In this document: one piece after another, positions 1 to 11,870 of the stretch | How positions within the stretch are numbered: position 1 is the first letter of the stretch | Layout of the letters: each line of letters starts with the position of its first letter | Assembly (NCBI GenBank): GCA_973895155.1 | Contig: OZ316897.1 | Coordinates: forward strand, 23,535,455-23,599,454 | Direction of reading: 5' to 3' | From: Marsupella aquatica | Taxonomy: Eukaryota > Plantae > Marchantiophyta | Length of the DNA: 64,000 nt | The notes under the pieces: model-generated | Database searches by the model: none | What the model was told of the DNA's origin: nothing | Seen by the model: only the letters and a program-made list of their open reading frames with translations | Position numbers and translations under genes: made by a program

Positions 1-2012
1 AGGAGAGACATCCACGGAAGCCGAGATGAAGAGGAAGGGGAACAACAACGAAGAGGCCACCCCGGCAAAAAGAACGAGGTCGGCGGCACCAAAGAAGCCA
101 GCAGAACAGCAGAGCAGGAGGCAAAGAGAAGCCGAGGAGGAGGAGGTCAACCCCATCAATGCCATTCCAACAAACGATGACACCTGGAAAGGCTGGGCGG
201 CGACCCTACCGGAGGAAGTGCAATTACACTTTGCACGGGAGGAGGATGCATGCTTTACAGCCATGCAGACCAAGAAGTACCAAGGCTTCATGGCCGGATC
301 CGGCTTGGAAGCCTTCGTAAGATTACCATGGCTGAAGCCGGAGGTGCCGGACTCAGACTTGTTAGAATTTGTGGGATCATGGGAACCCGAGACCAATTCC
401 ACGAGGGTGTATGGGAAGGATTTCTATCTCACTCCTCGGGTGATTGCTGAAGTGTTTGGCTTGCCGATGGGTAATAAGACCAAGGTTGATACCAGGAAGA
501 CCTTACCTGACAAGGAGTTTCGGTCGTTCCCAGGACCATCAACAAAGAATGGCTTCTTCCGGAACACCTGCACCAACCCGCACATCGGAGAGATGATCGA
601 TTTCTTGCGGGTGACCATGCACTGTAACTTGCCGAGGGCAGAGATCGGCAAGGCTCAGGTCTACCTGGCAGAAAGGCCAGACCCAAGCTGGGATTACAAC
701 GGGTACCTCCTCAACCAACTGAAGAAGATCTTGAAGGAGGAACAGCAGGTGATCGGCGTGGGAAGCGTGTCCCGGCTTGGCTATCACATGCCGCTGTTGT
801 GCCGGTATGCTAGAAGTCAAATCTTTGCCCCAGTACTTCCCCTATCGGCAAGAGCACCGGAGGAGGTCCCGGAGCAGAGGCCGACAACGGAGAAACCCAA
901 CCAGCCCGACAGTCCGACGATCGAGCAGGTGTTTAGACCAAGGGAAGAAGACTTGCCGATGCAGCAACCAGGCATGCAGAATCTGCTGAAATTGCTGGAG
1001 AAGGAAAGGAGAACGGTTCCGGCAACGGCAACAGCAACGGCACCGATACAAGACGCTGCCCCAGAAGTTGACCTAAGCCGACTCAGAAGGGAAGACCCCT
1101 TTACCGGAGTCAAGGAGAGAGGGAGGTCGGTACACGAGCCGGGAGTCCGGATGTATGTAGGAGCCTCAAGTCCCGAAGCCAAGGAAAAGCAGGCCGTAGC
1201 TCCCGGCCACGACAAGGAGAACAAGAGATCAACACGGAAGCCGGAGGAGGAACCAAGACCGGTGAGAGGTGAAGCCGTGTTCACGACAAAACCAGGAGAA
1301 CAGCGGGAGAAGCCGGTAGTCCAAGCCGAGGAGGAGGCGGTAGAGGACTACAGCAATGATGACTCCGGCTACGGGTCGGATCATCATGTTCCAGGAGTAA
1401 GGACCTGTGGCCGGTTCATCCCCACGCTCCCAAGAGTAGTTCGAGGAGACCCAAGCCAGCAGAGCAGCCCCGAGTCTCCCCCACCAGATGTCGCTCCCTC
1501 GAACTTTGACGGCATAAAACAGACGGCGCAGGAATTTCAGGAGTGAATCAGGGAGGAAGAAGAGCCAGCCCTGGCTAGGGAAAAGGATTTACCAGGAGGA
1601 GAATGGCCATAGGACATCAGGCGGCTTGCAGAAAAACGAAGCAACCCTCTTGCCACCGTAGAAGAAATCCGCAAGACGGCTTGGGAGCAGAGGCCGCGGT
1701 GGTTGATGCCGATGACTTCTAGTTACTCCACCTATGCTAAGGATAGAGCCATGGAGTACGGGGAAATGTGTGGAGAGCTGGCGCTCAGCATCTTTGGGGA
1801 GGAGTTGGAGCAAGGACCCTTTTTCAGAGGGAGATGTTGGAGAAGCGCCAATTAGAAGAAGCGGTGACTTTGGAAAGAAGCAAGAAGGACAAGGTCATCC
1901 GTCGGCTTAGGGCAAGGGAAGCCGAAATCAAAGACCTGAGGGCGGCCAAGAAAGCCCAAGATGAGCTGCGGATTAAGCGGCATGAGCTAAATATCATGCA
2001 GGGCCAATTGGA
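1..2012 (+). pseudogene. Family-A protein-coding LTR-like element, copy A1 (runs off the window start, 3' truncated; ORF broken by premature stops)
   Basis: ORF 26-1546 and the continuation to about 2012 closely match the 1230-aa ORF at 27616-31308 (e.g. WLKPEVP.SDLLEFVGSWEPETN). TGA at 1544-1546 corresponds to CGA in the intact copy. Confidence 0.85.
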
Positions 2013-2033
2013 TACCTCTTCTTTAGCAAGTGG

Positions 2034-2051
2034 CCCCTCCATCTAGCGCCA
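2034..2051 (-). promoter_or_regulatory. Primer-binding-site-like motif directly after the family-A 3' terminus
   Basis: Minus strand reads ...GCACCACA tttt TGGCGCTAGATGGAGGGG, a TGG-initiated motif 4 nt after the CA end. It resembles the TGGCGCTAGAAGGAGGG motif I recall following Tat/Retand Gypsy LTRs. Confidence 0.6.
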
Positions 2052-2055
2052 AAAA

Positions 2056-3112
2056 TGTGGTGCGTCCCATGGCTCCCTAAACCCAAGAAACCCCCCAGCT
2101 CAAGCCGATTCCCGCAGGTTTCGCGCTTGGCGAGGCCGTTTCCGCGGCTTAGCGGCATGGGACGCTGCTAACCTTCTACTACTACTATTAACATTTTACA
2201 CACATATACTGGACAGATCCTTCATCGGGTCATGAGATACGTAACCGGCCTAATCTAGGCCTTCCCCTGTCTTCCCCTCCGTCTTGTTAGGTATGTTTGG
2301 ATTCCGCCGCCGGAATGATCCCCAATAGGCTTGGTTAAGCCGCTAAGACCTCTCTCAGCTCGACACATCCAACTCTCACTCCCCTGCTTACTTTCCTTCC
2401 TTCTGGTAGATCGAGTAGAGACCCGGTAGCAATCATGATCTAAATCCTCTTCTGATACAAGGGTCACTGTATGACTAACCGAGAGCTTCTCGTACTACTT
2501 GATCCCAGCCCGGCTGGTGCACCCTAAAAACTTGCTAAAGAAGAGGCCCTGAGCTCCCCGCTGCCCAGGTACTTATCCTGGTAGTGGATCCGCCATTCTT
2601 TGCATCGTAAGCCTAATCTACCTAACAGTAATCTACTTGCCCGAATCTACCTATGTACAGCAAGGCAGGAGCACAAGTGTTGCTCCTACTAGTGGAACCG
2701 CAATCCCACTAAGCTAAGTGTCAGGGCCGCTCCTGGTCCTGATCCTAATCCTAAACTTGGAGATCAGCGCCCGCCCTGCCCACTCACGCCTCCTCCCTCC
2801 ACGTCCGCCCTTCCTAAAAGGAACGGCGCCCTTGCACCGTCACGACACCGGTGGAGGATCCTTAATGGACGCCCCCAACGCTTCCTCCTCAGCCACTGCT
2901 GTAGGTTCATTCTCTGACAGATTACCTGCCCTTGACTGAGTCAACTCTCCATCGGCCTGACTGGGTCCACCATCGGCGTCGGCATCGGCTCGGGAATCGG
3001 TTACGGCCTCAGCCTCGGCTACGGCCTCCCCGGCCTGCTCAAGAGGCGGATCTGGGATATCGGCCGCACCACCCCCACCTGTGATGATAGCGGGATCATT
3101 TGCCGTATTCAT
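2056..3112 (-). mobile_element. Family-A LTR-like element, copy A2 (3' ~1 kb, inverted relative to A1)
   Basis: Reverse complement of about 31180-32229, including the terminus GGGACGCACCACA and the ORF C-terminus (GPSQADGELTQSRAGNLS...PPPVS). Internal deletion/filler at about 2405-2455. The 5' boundary is approximate. Confidence 0.85.
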
Positions 3113-4820
3113 GCCAGATTGGTTGTAAGGGTGCTGATTGATGTTAGCGGCTCTGAATGGTGACTGGATTAGATGTGAGTGTAGACTGACATTGAGTCCG
3201 CTACAGTATATATCCCGGCTCCCGACTGTGCCACATTTAATTAATTCAAATCACCAAGCTTTGTCTCCCTTGTATGTCGCTTCCCACGTACAAAATTGAA
3301 TGTTTACAACACTAAATGGCGACACTTTGGATGCTAGCGGAGTTTGAAAGTTTTAATATCAAAGCTACAGGAGAAAAAGTTTAACCAGAAATGTCATGGG
3401 AGTCTAAGAATGCAAGTGGGTGAGTCACCTTTGATGCAAGTGGTGCTTAAAGGACATAACAAAAATGTTATGGGAGTCTAACATTGCCCCCAGGTAATCA
3501 ATAATAGCCGAGTTTAAAGGCTTTAACATCTATTCCATGGGAGCCTTAATGTTTAAACAACAATGTTATGAGAGTCCAAATGCTTAAATGTGGAGACTCA
3601 GCACCACATGCAAGAGACCGCGCACAACGCTCTGCAAACACCATGGCCTGAAGACCAGCCTCATTGTATGCACAGTGACCAGAATTTAGGGTAGGAGGTA
3701 ATGCTGAGGCCTATGGGGCACCAAAGAAGGCTAGGTAGGCTTAATGAGTGAAGAATCCGACAACAGCAACACCAAGCAAAAAGGAGCCAAAACCAGATGG
3801 GACGTGAGTTTGAATCAACAGTGGAGACTTCACCACAAAAAGATGAGAAGTGGGCAGGTTGGATCAGAGCAATCCAGTGGATTTTCAGCTGCAGTAGGGC
3901 ATTGCCGGCCACTCCCACTCTTGCTAGCGAAATTTCCTGATTGCTTGCCATATACAATACCTCATTGGGTGACCTTTGACTGCCAACAATTGAGGAAAAC
4001 AATTCACAACTCACATTGGCATTCTACTGTCAAGAAGATGCACAAATTACAGTTCATGATTGATTGCTGCCTGAATGCTGTTACGTTAGCTCAAAGGAAG
4101 AATGGTGTTCTTCCACCAGACGTCTTCGACATCAATCTCACCCAAGCAAATTCAAACCAAAAAGAAGAGATAACAGATTAATCTCCCTCTTAAGACCTTC
4201 TCCAAGATGAATCGATTTTCTTGAAGTAGGCATGGGCCCGGCAGAAGCAACAGACACATGCTCATCCACTATTCCTTGCAGAACTATGCTCCCTTCTCCG
4301 TTCACGTGCACTGTCTATGAGCTTTCAGATTTCAATCATGCCATCAACGTAGCAAAATTTCTACTGCAAATACAGCCCACTTTCCTGCCTTGTCCGATGA
4401 TCCTTGAGGATAGCAGTGTACAGTGCATCATTCTCATTCTCGCATAATTTCAGGACTTCCTCCTTCCCCAAACCCGGAGTAGTTAACATGCTTTAGAGCA
4501 CCTTTCACGACCTTATCTTGTGAATCTGCGAAGCTCAGAACAGTTGAGTTGCAGATGAAACTTCATATCTTTGGTTGAGTTCAGGGCTTTCTCTGCAAGT
4601 CTGAAACTGATAGTTTAAAGCTCTATGCTGGTGGAGGTTGTCATCGGTGAATTTTATCTTCATGTCCTTGATGTCTCGTGTCAGCAAAGTAAGTTCCCGT
4701 CCAGTTTAGGGTCATGGCAAGGCAGCTACTTTATGCGAACCCTTCTTCTAATCTAACAACAAAATGTAACGAAGATATCAAACGAACTTTCCACATGGTG
4801 GGCCCAGAGCTTGATTTCAC

Positions 4821-5013
4821 GCATCTATGATTTCGACTCTCAATTTGGGGTTGTAACTAGCCCTCTTACATGAAAGACTTCTGAGAGTCGAAATCATAGA
4901 TGCTATGAGTCGAAACTATGATATCGAAATAATGAAAGAATTTGGGGTTGTAACTAGCCCTCTTACATGAAAACGTCTTTCAGCCAGAAGAGGGCTAGTT
5001 ACAACCCCAAATT
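4821..5013. repeat. Two interlocked perfect inverted repeats (22-bp and 26-bp arms), MITE-like remnant
   Basis: GCATCTATGATTTCGACTCTCA 4821-4842 pairs with 4882-4903. AATTTGGGGTTGTAACTAGCCCTCTT 4939-4964 pairs with 4988-5013. The loop of hairpin 1 is a direct copy of the left arm of hairpin 2. Confidence 0.8.
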
Positions 5014-5126
5014 GCAGAATCTCAAAATTAATGTTACAGAATTGCAGCAACGAACACCTGATTGTACCTGCGCTGCCAGTGAGTACTGCTTTAGATCACT
5101 TTCCAGCCAGCCCAACACAGCTGGGT

Positions 5127-8100
5127 TCACCAGTAATCACCACAAGAACACATTCCATCTTTGAAATGGTGGAACCGATTTGCATCCCTCGCAATAATCT
5201 CGCGTCCTGTCACCCTAGAGATATACTTGGTTGCTGAGTGGCAATCTGAACACACCCGAAGGTTCTTATTTACACGAATTGGTTCTCCCAAAGGTAGGTG
5301 CATGAGTCCGTAAACGATAGCCAACTTCTCACTATGCGAGCAAAGAGCTAGCTCTTTATCCTCCTCATTAATATCATGCACCACAAGCTTGGTATCCGGA
5401 ATGTAGCCTTCAGCCTTCAGTTTTTCACTCAATTTACTCAGCTCAGAATAGATCGCCTCCGCTTCTGGGTGAGATGTATCCCCCACAACAAATTCATGGA
5501 TCTTGTTATCAACATCAATCCAGCAACGTCCTGGCTCCTTCCGAACACCTCTCTCTTGCATCATAGTGCGCACAGATGACACCTTCTCCCACTTCCCAGC
5601 TGCTGCATAGATATTGGAGAGCAGCACATATGTAGAGGCCTTACCGGGTTCCAACTTGAAAAGCTCGTTAGCGGCCCGTTCACCCAGCTCCACGTTACCG
5701 TAAGTTCTACAAGCCCCAAGCAAGGCTGTCCAAGTCACATGATCTGGTTCGACCGGCATCTTACTGATGAACTGCTTTGCTTCCTCCAAGTGTCCCGCCC
5801 GCCCAAGAATATCTACCATGAGGTTATAGTGAACAACAGTACGCTCGATACAATAATCTTGCGTCATAGCTGAAAAGATTCTACGGCCATCATCAACAAG
5901 GCCCCCATGAGAACACGCTGACAACACAGCTATGAATGACGTCTCGGTGGGCTTCACATGGTCTGCATTCATTTGCCGGAAAAGTTCCAGGGCTTTATGC
6001 CCATGTCCGTGTTGTGCAAGTCCACCGATCATTATGTTCCATGTGATTACATCGCGTTTCCCGAGTCTGTCAAAAACTTGTTGGGCGTCATCTATACTGC
6101 CACTCTTGGCATACATGTGAACGAGTGCATTGCCCACACGCAAATCCGACTCCAATCCGGCTTTGCTAGCGTGGCCATGAACCTCCTTCACCCACTGCAA
6201 AGCCCCCGCACTTGCAGATGCATTGAGAATACTCGCATAAGTGAATGCATCTGGTTCAAAGCCTTCCCGTCTCATTTGGAGAAACAACCGATATGCTTCA
6301 TGCCCACATCCATGTTGTGCAAGTCCTCCTATCATTACATTCCATGTGATTACATCGCGTTTCTCCATTTTGTCAAAAACCAGTCGAGCATTATCTATAC
6401 TGCCACTCTTTGCATACATGTGAACGAGTGCATTGCCCACACGCAAATCCGACTCCAGTCCGGCTTTGCTAGCGTGGCCATGAATCTCCTTCACCCACTC
6501 CAAAGCACCCTCACTTGCAGATGCATTCAGGATGCTCAGATAAGTTATTGCATCTGGTTCGAATCCTTCCCGTCTCATTTGGAGGAATAGTCGATATGCT
6601 TCCACACCCTGACCAGTTTCTGCATATGCTCTAAGCATCGCAGTCCATGTCACTCCATCACGTTTCTCCATTCTGTCAAAAACTTGTTGGGCGTCATCTA
6701 TACTGCCACTCTTGGCATACATGTGAACGAGTGCATTGCCCACACGCAAATCCGACTCCAGTCCGGCTTTGCTAGCGTGGCCATGAACCTCCTTCACCCA
6801 CTCCAAAGCCCCCGCACTTGCAGATGCATTCAGAATACTCGCATAAGTGAATGCATCGGGTTCAAAGCCTTCCCGTCTCATTTGGAGACACAACCGATAT
6901 GCTTCATGCCCACATCCATGTTGCGCAAGTCCTCCTATCATTACATTCCATGTGACTACATCGCGTTTCTCCAGTCTGTCGAACACCAGGCGGGCATCAT
7001 CTATACTCCCAGTCTTCGCATACATGTGAACCAGCGCACTACCCACACGCAAATCTGACTCTAGTCCCGCTTTGCTAGCATGGCCATGAACTTCCTTCAC
7101 CCATTCCAAAGCTCCCTCACTTGCAGATGCATTGAGAATACTAGCATAAGTAAATGCATTTGCTTCGAAGCCTTCACGTCTCATTTGAAGAAACAGTCTA
7201 TATGCTTCCTCCCCACATCCATGTTGTGCAAGTCCACCGATCATTATGTTCCATGTGAATACATCGCGTTTCTCCATTCTGTCAAAAACCAGTCGAGCAT
7301 TAACTATACTGCCACTCTTTGCATACATGTGAACCAGTGCATTGCCCACACGCAAATCCGACTCCAGTCCGGCTTTGCTAGCGTGGCCATGAACCTCCTT
7401 CACCCACTCCAAAGCACCCTCACTTGCAGATGCATTCAGGATGCTCAGATAAGTGATTGCATCTGGTTCGAAGCCTTCCAGTCTCATTTGGAGAAACAAT
7501 CGATATGCTTCATACCCACATCCATGTTGTGCAAGTCCCCCAATCATGGTATTCCATGTTACAACGTCACGTTTCTCCATTTTGTCGAAAACCAGTCGGG
7601 CATCATCTATACTGCCACTCTTGGTATACATGTGAACGAGTGCACTGCCCACACGCAACTTCGACTCAAGTCGGGCTTTGCTAGCGTGGCCATGAACCTC
7701 CTTCACCCACTGCAAAGCCCCCGGACTTGCAGATGCACTCAGAATACTCACATAAGTGAATGCATCTGGTTCAAAGCCTTCCCTTCTCATTTGGAGAAAC
7801 AATCGATATGCTTCCTGCCCACATCCATGTTGTGCAAGTCCTCCTATCATTACATTCCATGTGATTACATCGCGTTTCTCCATTCTGTCAAAAACCAGTC
7901 GAGCATTATCTATACTGCCACTCTTTGCATACATGTGAACGAGTGCATTGCCCACACGCAAATCCGACTCCAGTCCGGCTTTGCTAGCGTGGCCATGAAC
8001 CTCCTTCACCCACTCCAAAGCTCGCGCACTTGCAGATGCATTCAGGATGCTCAGATAAGTGATTACATCTGGTTCGAAGCCTTCCAGTCTCATTTGGAGA

Positions 8101-10238
8101 AACAATCGATATGCTTCATACCCAAATCCATGTTGTGCAAGTCCCCCAATCATGGTATTCCATGTTACAACGTCACGTTTCTCCATTTTGTCGAAAACCA
8201 GTCGGGCATCATCTATACTGCCACTCTTGGTATACATGTGAACGAGTGCACTGCCCACACGCAACTTAGACTCAAGTCGGGCTTTGCTAGCGTGGCCATG
8301 AACCTCCTTCACCCACTGCAAAGCCCCCGGACTTGCAGATGCACTCAGAATACTCGCATAAGTGAATGCATCTGGTTCAAAGCCTTCCCTTCTCATTTGG
8401 AGAAACAATCGATATGCTTCATGCCCACATCCATGTTGTGCAAGTCCTCCGATCATTACATTCCATGTGATTACATCGCGTTTCCCCATTCTGTCAAAAA
8501 CCAGTCGAGCATTATCTATACTGCCACTCTTTGCATACATGTGAACGAGTGCATTGCCCACACGCAAATCCGACTCCAGTCCGGCTTTGCTAGCGTGGCC
8601 ATGAATCTCCTTCACCCACTCCAAAGCACCCTCACTTGCAGATGCATTCAGAATGCTCAGATAAGTGATTGCATCTGGTTCGAATCCTTCCCGTCTCATT
8701 TGGAGGAATAGTCGATATGCTTCCACACCATGACCAGTTTCTGCATATGCTCTAAGCATCGCAGTCCATGTCACTCCATCACGTTTCTCCATTCTGTCAA
8801 AAACTAATCGGGCGTCATCGATACTGCCACTCTTTGCATACATCAGTAGGAGGGCAGTCCCTACACGCACATCTGATTCAAAGCCAGTCTGTCGAATATA
8901 CACATGTACTTCCTTTCCCCATTTTAGAGCTGACGGGTAGGCACATGCCTTCAGGATGCTCAGATATGTGTTCTCATTAGGCTGTACGCCTTCTTGGCGC
9001 ATTTGATTGAAAAGCTTTAAAGCAGATTCAGCATGATCATTCTTAGCATATCCTGCAATCATGTTGTTCCAAGTAATAACACTTTTCTTGTCAAGTTGAT
9101 CAAAAACTCGGCGGGCATCCAACAATGCCCCACATTTGATATACACATTCAGGAGGGTTACCGCCACATATTCATTCTTATCCATTCCACTCTGGATGAT
9201 GTGGTGTTGCACCTGCTTCGCCGCTAAAAGGTCTTTGTGTTTCGAGCACATCTGCAGAACTTTCACATATGTGTACGAGTTCGTAGTAATGCCTCGTTGT
9301 AGACGATTCTGCAACACAGTAACTGCTTGACTCGTGGTCCCCGCGCTATGCATGTCACTACTGCCATTCCGTTGTGCATTGTTTCGAGACCAATCTCTGC
9401 TGCCACAATTGGAAAGAGATCGCAATCCGCCTTGGCCAATCAAATCGAGCCCTGCCTCCCTCCAATTTTCTTTCCTGAGCAGCTCCTCGGTTATCAGGTG
9501 TTGCCTTCCTAAATTCTCAGTCACCGCTTCTTCACAGATAGCTGAAGATTGCTCCCCTTCCTCCCTGGATAGAGGTTCCGGCTCTCGAATATCTTGTACA
9601 CCATCCGTTGTTATACATCTGGTTAATTTCGATTTTATGTCACCTGTTCGTTCGAGTTGCACTTTCAAGCTGTCAGTGTTCTGTTGACGTGATTCAATCC
9701 CACCAACGACTTTACGTGAAGGGTTCCGCTTATGCTCGATCATCTTTGCAGCTTCCCTCCACTTGGCAGCTCCTGGGCGAGTTTGAGGGGATGGTGCCTC
9801 CAGCCGTGCAATATGGTTGTCATGCCCCGTTACACTTTGAAAACCAGCGCGGGCTTCAGCTTCCCCGTTGTATTCAGGCTGTGCTGATTGAGCTTCCCTC
9901 CCATACAGCTCGACAACCTTCTTCTGAAGCCTCCACTGATCACGAAATGTGTCGAGCTCGTGCTGCACCCGCTGTAGGCACGGGCTGTAAATTTTTGCCA
10001 CGCCAGACATCTGCCGGATGACGGGGCCCAAAATTCCATATGCACGAGATTCCAATCTGCCTTCAGTAATCAATTTGAGCCTTGCCTTCGCCCATGCTCT
10101 AGTGGAGCAGCCATCCACCCAAAGTGCTTTCCTTGTCATCTTATGATTAAAGTCAGTTGTTCTGGGCTTCCTCTGTGAGCACCACAACCCACGATCAGAT
10201 CGACCAGCACAAAATGCAAGCGACTCCACTAGGTGCAA
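5127..10238 (-). CDS. PLS-class pentatricopeptide repeat protein with E1-E2-DYW cytidine deaminase domain (organellar C-to-U editing factor type)
   Basis: 1703-aa ORF: N-terminal extension, 11 L-S-P triplets plus L2 and S2 (35 PPRs), E1/E2, PG box (PGRCWID), HSEKLA, CSDCH, terminal DYW. Catalytic HxE and CxxC are intact. The start codon is uncertain. Confidence 0.96.
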   Translation of the reverse strand: MHLVESLAFCAGRSDRGLWCSQRKPRTTDFNHKMTRKALWVDGCSTRAWAKARLKLITEGRLESRAYGILGPVIRQMSGVAKIYSPCLQRVQHELDTFRDQWRLQKKVVELYGREAQSAQPEYNGEAEARAGFQSVTGHDNHIARLEAPSPQTRPGAAKWREAAKMIEHKRNPSRKVVGGIESRQQNTDSLKVQLERTGDIKSKLTRCITTDGVQDIREPEPLSREEGEQSSAICEEAVTENLGRQHLITEELLRKENWREAGLDLIGQGGLRSLSNCGSRDWSRNNAQRNGSSDMHSAGTTSQAVTVLQNRLQRGITTNSYTYVKVLQMCSKHKDLLAAKQVQHHIIQSGMDKNEYVAVTLLNVYIKCGALLDARRVFDQLDKKSVITWNNMIAGYAKNDHAESALKLFNQMRQEGVQPNENTYLSILKACAYPSALKWGKEVHVYIRQTGFESDVRVGTALLLMYAKSGSIDDARLVFDRMEKRDGVTWTAMLRAYAETGHGVEAYRLFLQMRREGFEPDAITYLSILNASASEGALEWVKEIHGHASKAGLESDLRVGNALVHMYAKSGSIDNARLVFDRMGKRDVITWNVMIGGLAQHGCGHEAYRLFLQMRREGFEPDAFTYASILSASASPGALQWVKEVHGHASKARLESKLRVGSALVHMYTKSGSIDDARLVFDKMEKRDVVTWNTMIGGLAQHGFGYEAYRLFLQMRLEGFEPDVITYLSILNASASARALEWVKEVHGHASKAGLESDLRVGNALVHMYAKSGSIDNARLVFDRMEKRDVITWNVMIGGLAQHGCGQEAYRLFLQMRREGFEPDAFTYVSILSASASPGALQWVKEVHGHASKARLESKLRVGSALVHMYTKSGSIDDARLVFDKMEKRDVVTWNTMIGGLAQHGCGYEAYRLFLQMRLEGFEPDAITYLSILNASASEGALEWVKEVHGHASKAGLESDLRVGNALVHMYAKSGSIVNARLVFDRMEKRDVFTWNIMIGGLAQHGCGEEAYRLFLQMRREGFEANAFTYASILNASASEGALEWVKEVHGHASKAGLESDLRVGSALVHMYAKTGSIDDARLVFDRLEKRDVVTWNVMIGGLAQHGCGHEAYRLCLQMRREGFEPDAFTYASILNASASAGALEWVKEVHGHASKAGLESDLRVGNALVHMYAKSGSIDDAQQVFDRMEKRDGVTWTAMLRAYAETGQGVEAYRLFLQMRREGFEPDAITYLSILNASASEGALEWVKEIHGHASKAGLESDLRVGNALVHMYAKSGSIDNARLVFDKMEKRDVITWNVMIGGLAQHGCGHEAYRLFLQMRREGFEPDAFTYASILNASASAGALQWVKEVHGHASKAGLESDLRVGNALVHMYAKSGSIDDAQQVFDRLGKRDVITWNIMIGGLAQHGHGHKALELFRQMNADHVKPTETSFIAVLSACSHGGLVDDGRRIFSAMTQDYCIERTVVHYNLMVDILGRAGHLEEAKQFISKMPVEPDHVTWTALLGACRTYGNVELGERAANELFKLEPGKASTYVLLSNIYAAAGKWEKVSSVRTMMQERGVRKEPGRCWIDVDNKIHEFVVGDTSHPEAEAIYSELSKLSEKLKAEGYIPDTKLVVHDINEEDKELALCSHSEKLAIVYGLMHLPLGEPIRVNKNLRVCSDCHSATKYISRVTGREIIARDANRFHHFKDGMCSCGDYW

Positions 10239-10589
10239 TGAATTGTTTTTGATTTGTTTCTGCAGTCAAGACCATATTTCTACAATCAAACGCTAACAAC
10301 AGGAAAGCAGACCGGTAAGTCCCTGGTTCTTGGGCTAGGACCCTACCTCCGTCCAAAGATATATTTTCTTGTCTCCCGTGTCTGCTGCTATATTTCGTAC
10401 GGAAAACGTGCAAAAGCGATATAACTCGGTTTCAATTGAGAGTAACGGCGATCTGTCAAGAATGTAATGGTCTCAGAATATACGGAAATAATTGTGAGAG
10501 GCATATCCAGGTAGCTAAATAATCTATATGCTCGTTCACACTCCAGTACACTTTGCAGTCCTGGCCGTATGGAAATGCAGGGGAATCAT

Positions 10590-11870
10590 TGTTTGGCAAC
10601 TCGGTGATCACTGGATCAATGATGCCAGCGTTGGCCATATCCACATCTACACCTGAGAGTGTAAAAACCAAATACGAGAACAAATCCAACGTTAGGCATC
10701 AAGAAGAGTTGACTCATCCACATCAAACCAACGTAGAGATAACTCCCCAAAAATTAAATTCTCACTAAAGCAAATCCACCTAACTAGGACAGAGTTGAGC
10801 TCTCTTCTAAAGGTTTTCCCTTCTCTACTAGGCCTTCCGCATGTTTGTATTAGAGCCTTTTCCCAAATTTTTGGATGCTGCACAACTCAAGGTACACCAG
10901 AATTTGTATTTCAATTACAAACAATTTTTAGTGAAAGCCCAATTCTTCTAGATTTTACACCAACCACGCCGCTTGAAAGGGGCAAAACTAATTCATCGAC
11001 TGTAATTGCTTAATTAAATCAACAATGCCAGTGCTGCAACGGCTCGTTATTTTCAACTGCTGCATCTCCCTAATCATAACAGAACATGAAGAAATCATTT
11101 GTAGTAAGACATAGAAAAGTCACACACATCTTGCCTCATCGTATCCAATCTCTAGGCTCTGCCGCTCCAGAAGCTTGCCCACCACAACTGCTCCTTCCAC
11201 TCCAGCATTTTGTGCTACGATGTACGCAGGCATCTGTCCAAATCATTTGACAAGTGTTGCTAACACATTGTAGCAAGCCAAAATCACAAGCTGTCATGCT
11301 CCAAGCCCTTCAAACTTTCAACTTTTGGGAACTTAACAACTGAAATAAAATAAGGAGCTATATAACCTCGGTCAAGCTTCGTGCCTTCCACTACTTCTAG
11401 TTCGTTGTAAAGATTCTTTCCGTCCTCCAACATCGCATTTATCTATACTTAACAGAAGAAAGAACGACGGGAATTTCAGTGAGGTTTAAATAGGAGGACT
11501 AGGATCCGTAGGCAAGTTTGCAAAGGCCTCTGCCACCGTCACACCATCCCTACCAACTTTACGATAACTAAAACTTTGCTCTGTAACCATATTTCGACCT
11601 TGGAAAAGAGTTACAGATTTACACAGCAATGAGTGACTAGTACAAGGATGTCGCGCACCTACGACACACCTAGACATAATTTTATGAGGGGCGGACAATG
11701 TTTACGTTAAGCAGCTGTCTTCTATAACTTTGGGCCCATGGTATCCTTCTCAGCATCCGGTAATTCTGCAACACTTTGGAGTGTAAGAGCCCTCGAATCG
11801 CCTCGACTCCAAACCTGGTATCCTTCGATCCATAATTTCGCACCAGTTTCGACCTGCAGCATTCTGCAAT
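10590..11870 (-). pseudogene. Degraded mitochondrial chaperonin-60 (HSP60/GroEL-like) pseudogene
   Basis: Minus-strand fragments in the correct order: [77 protein letters not shown]. Large deletions and no continuous ORF. Confidence 0.8.

Noticed and set aside
3660-4720. Coding-like sequence with short ORFs on both strands
   Set aside because: No recognisable motif or consistent frame; possibly a decayed gene but cannot be supported without BLASTX.
5932-9687. Long plus-strand ORFs (e.g. 543 aa at 7080-8711)
   Set aside because: Antisense shadows of the repetitive PPR array; no independent domain features.
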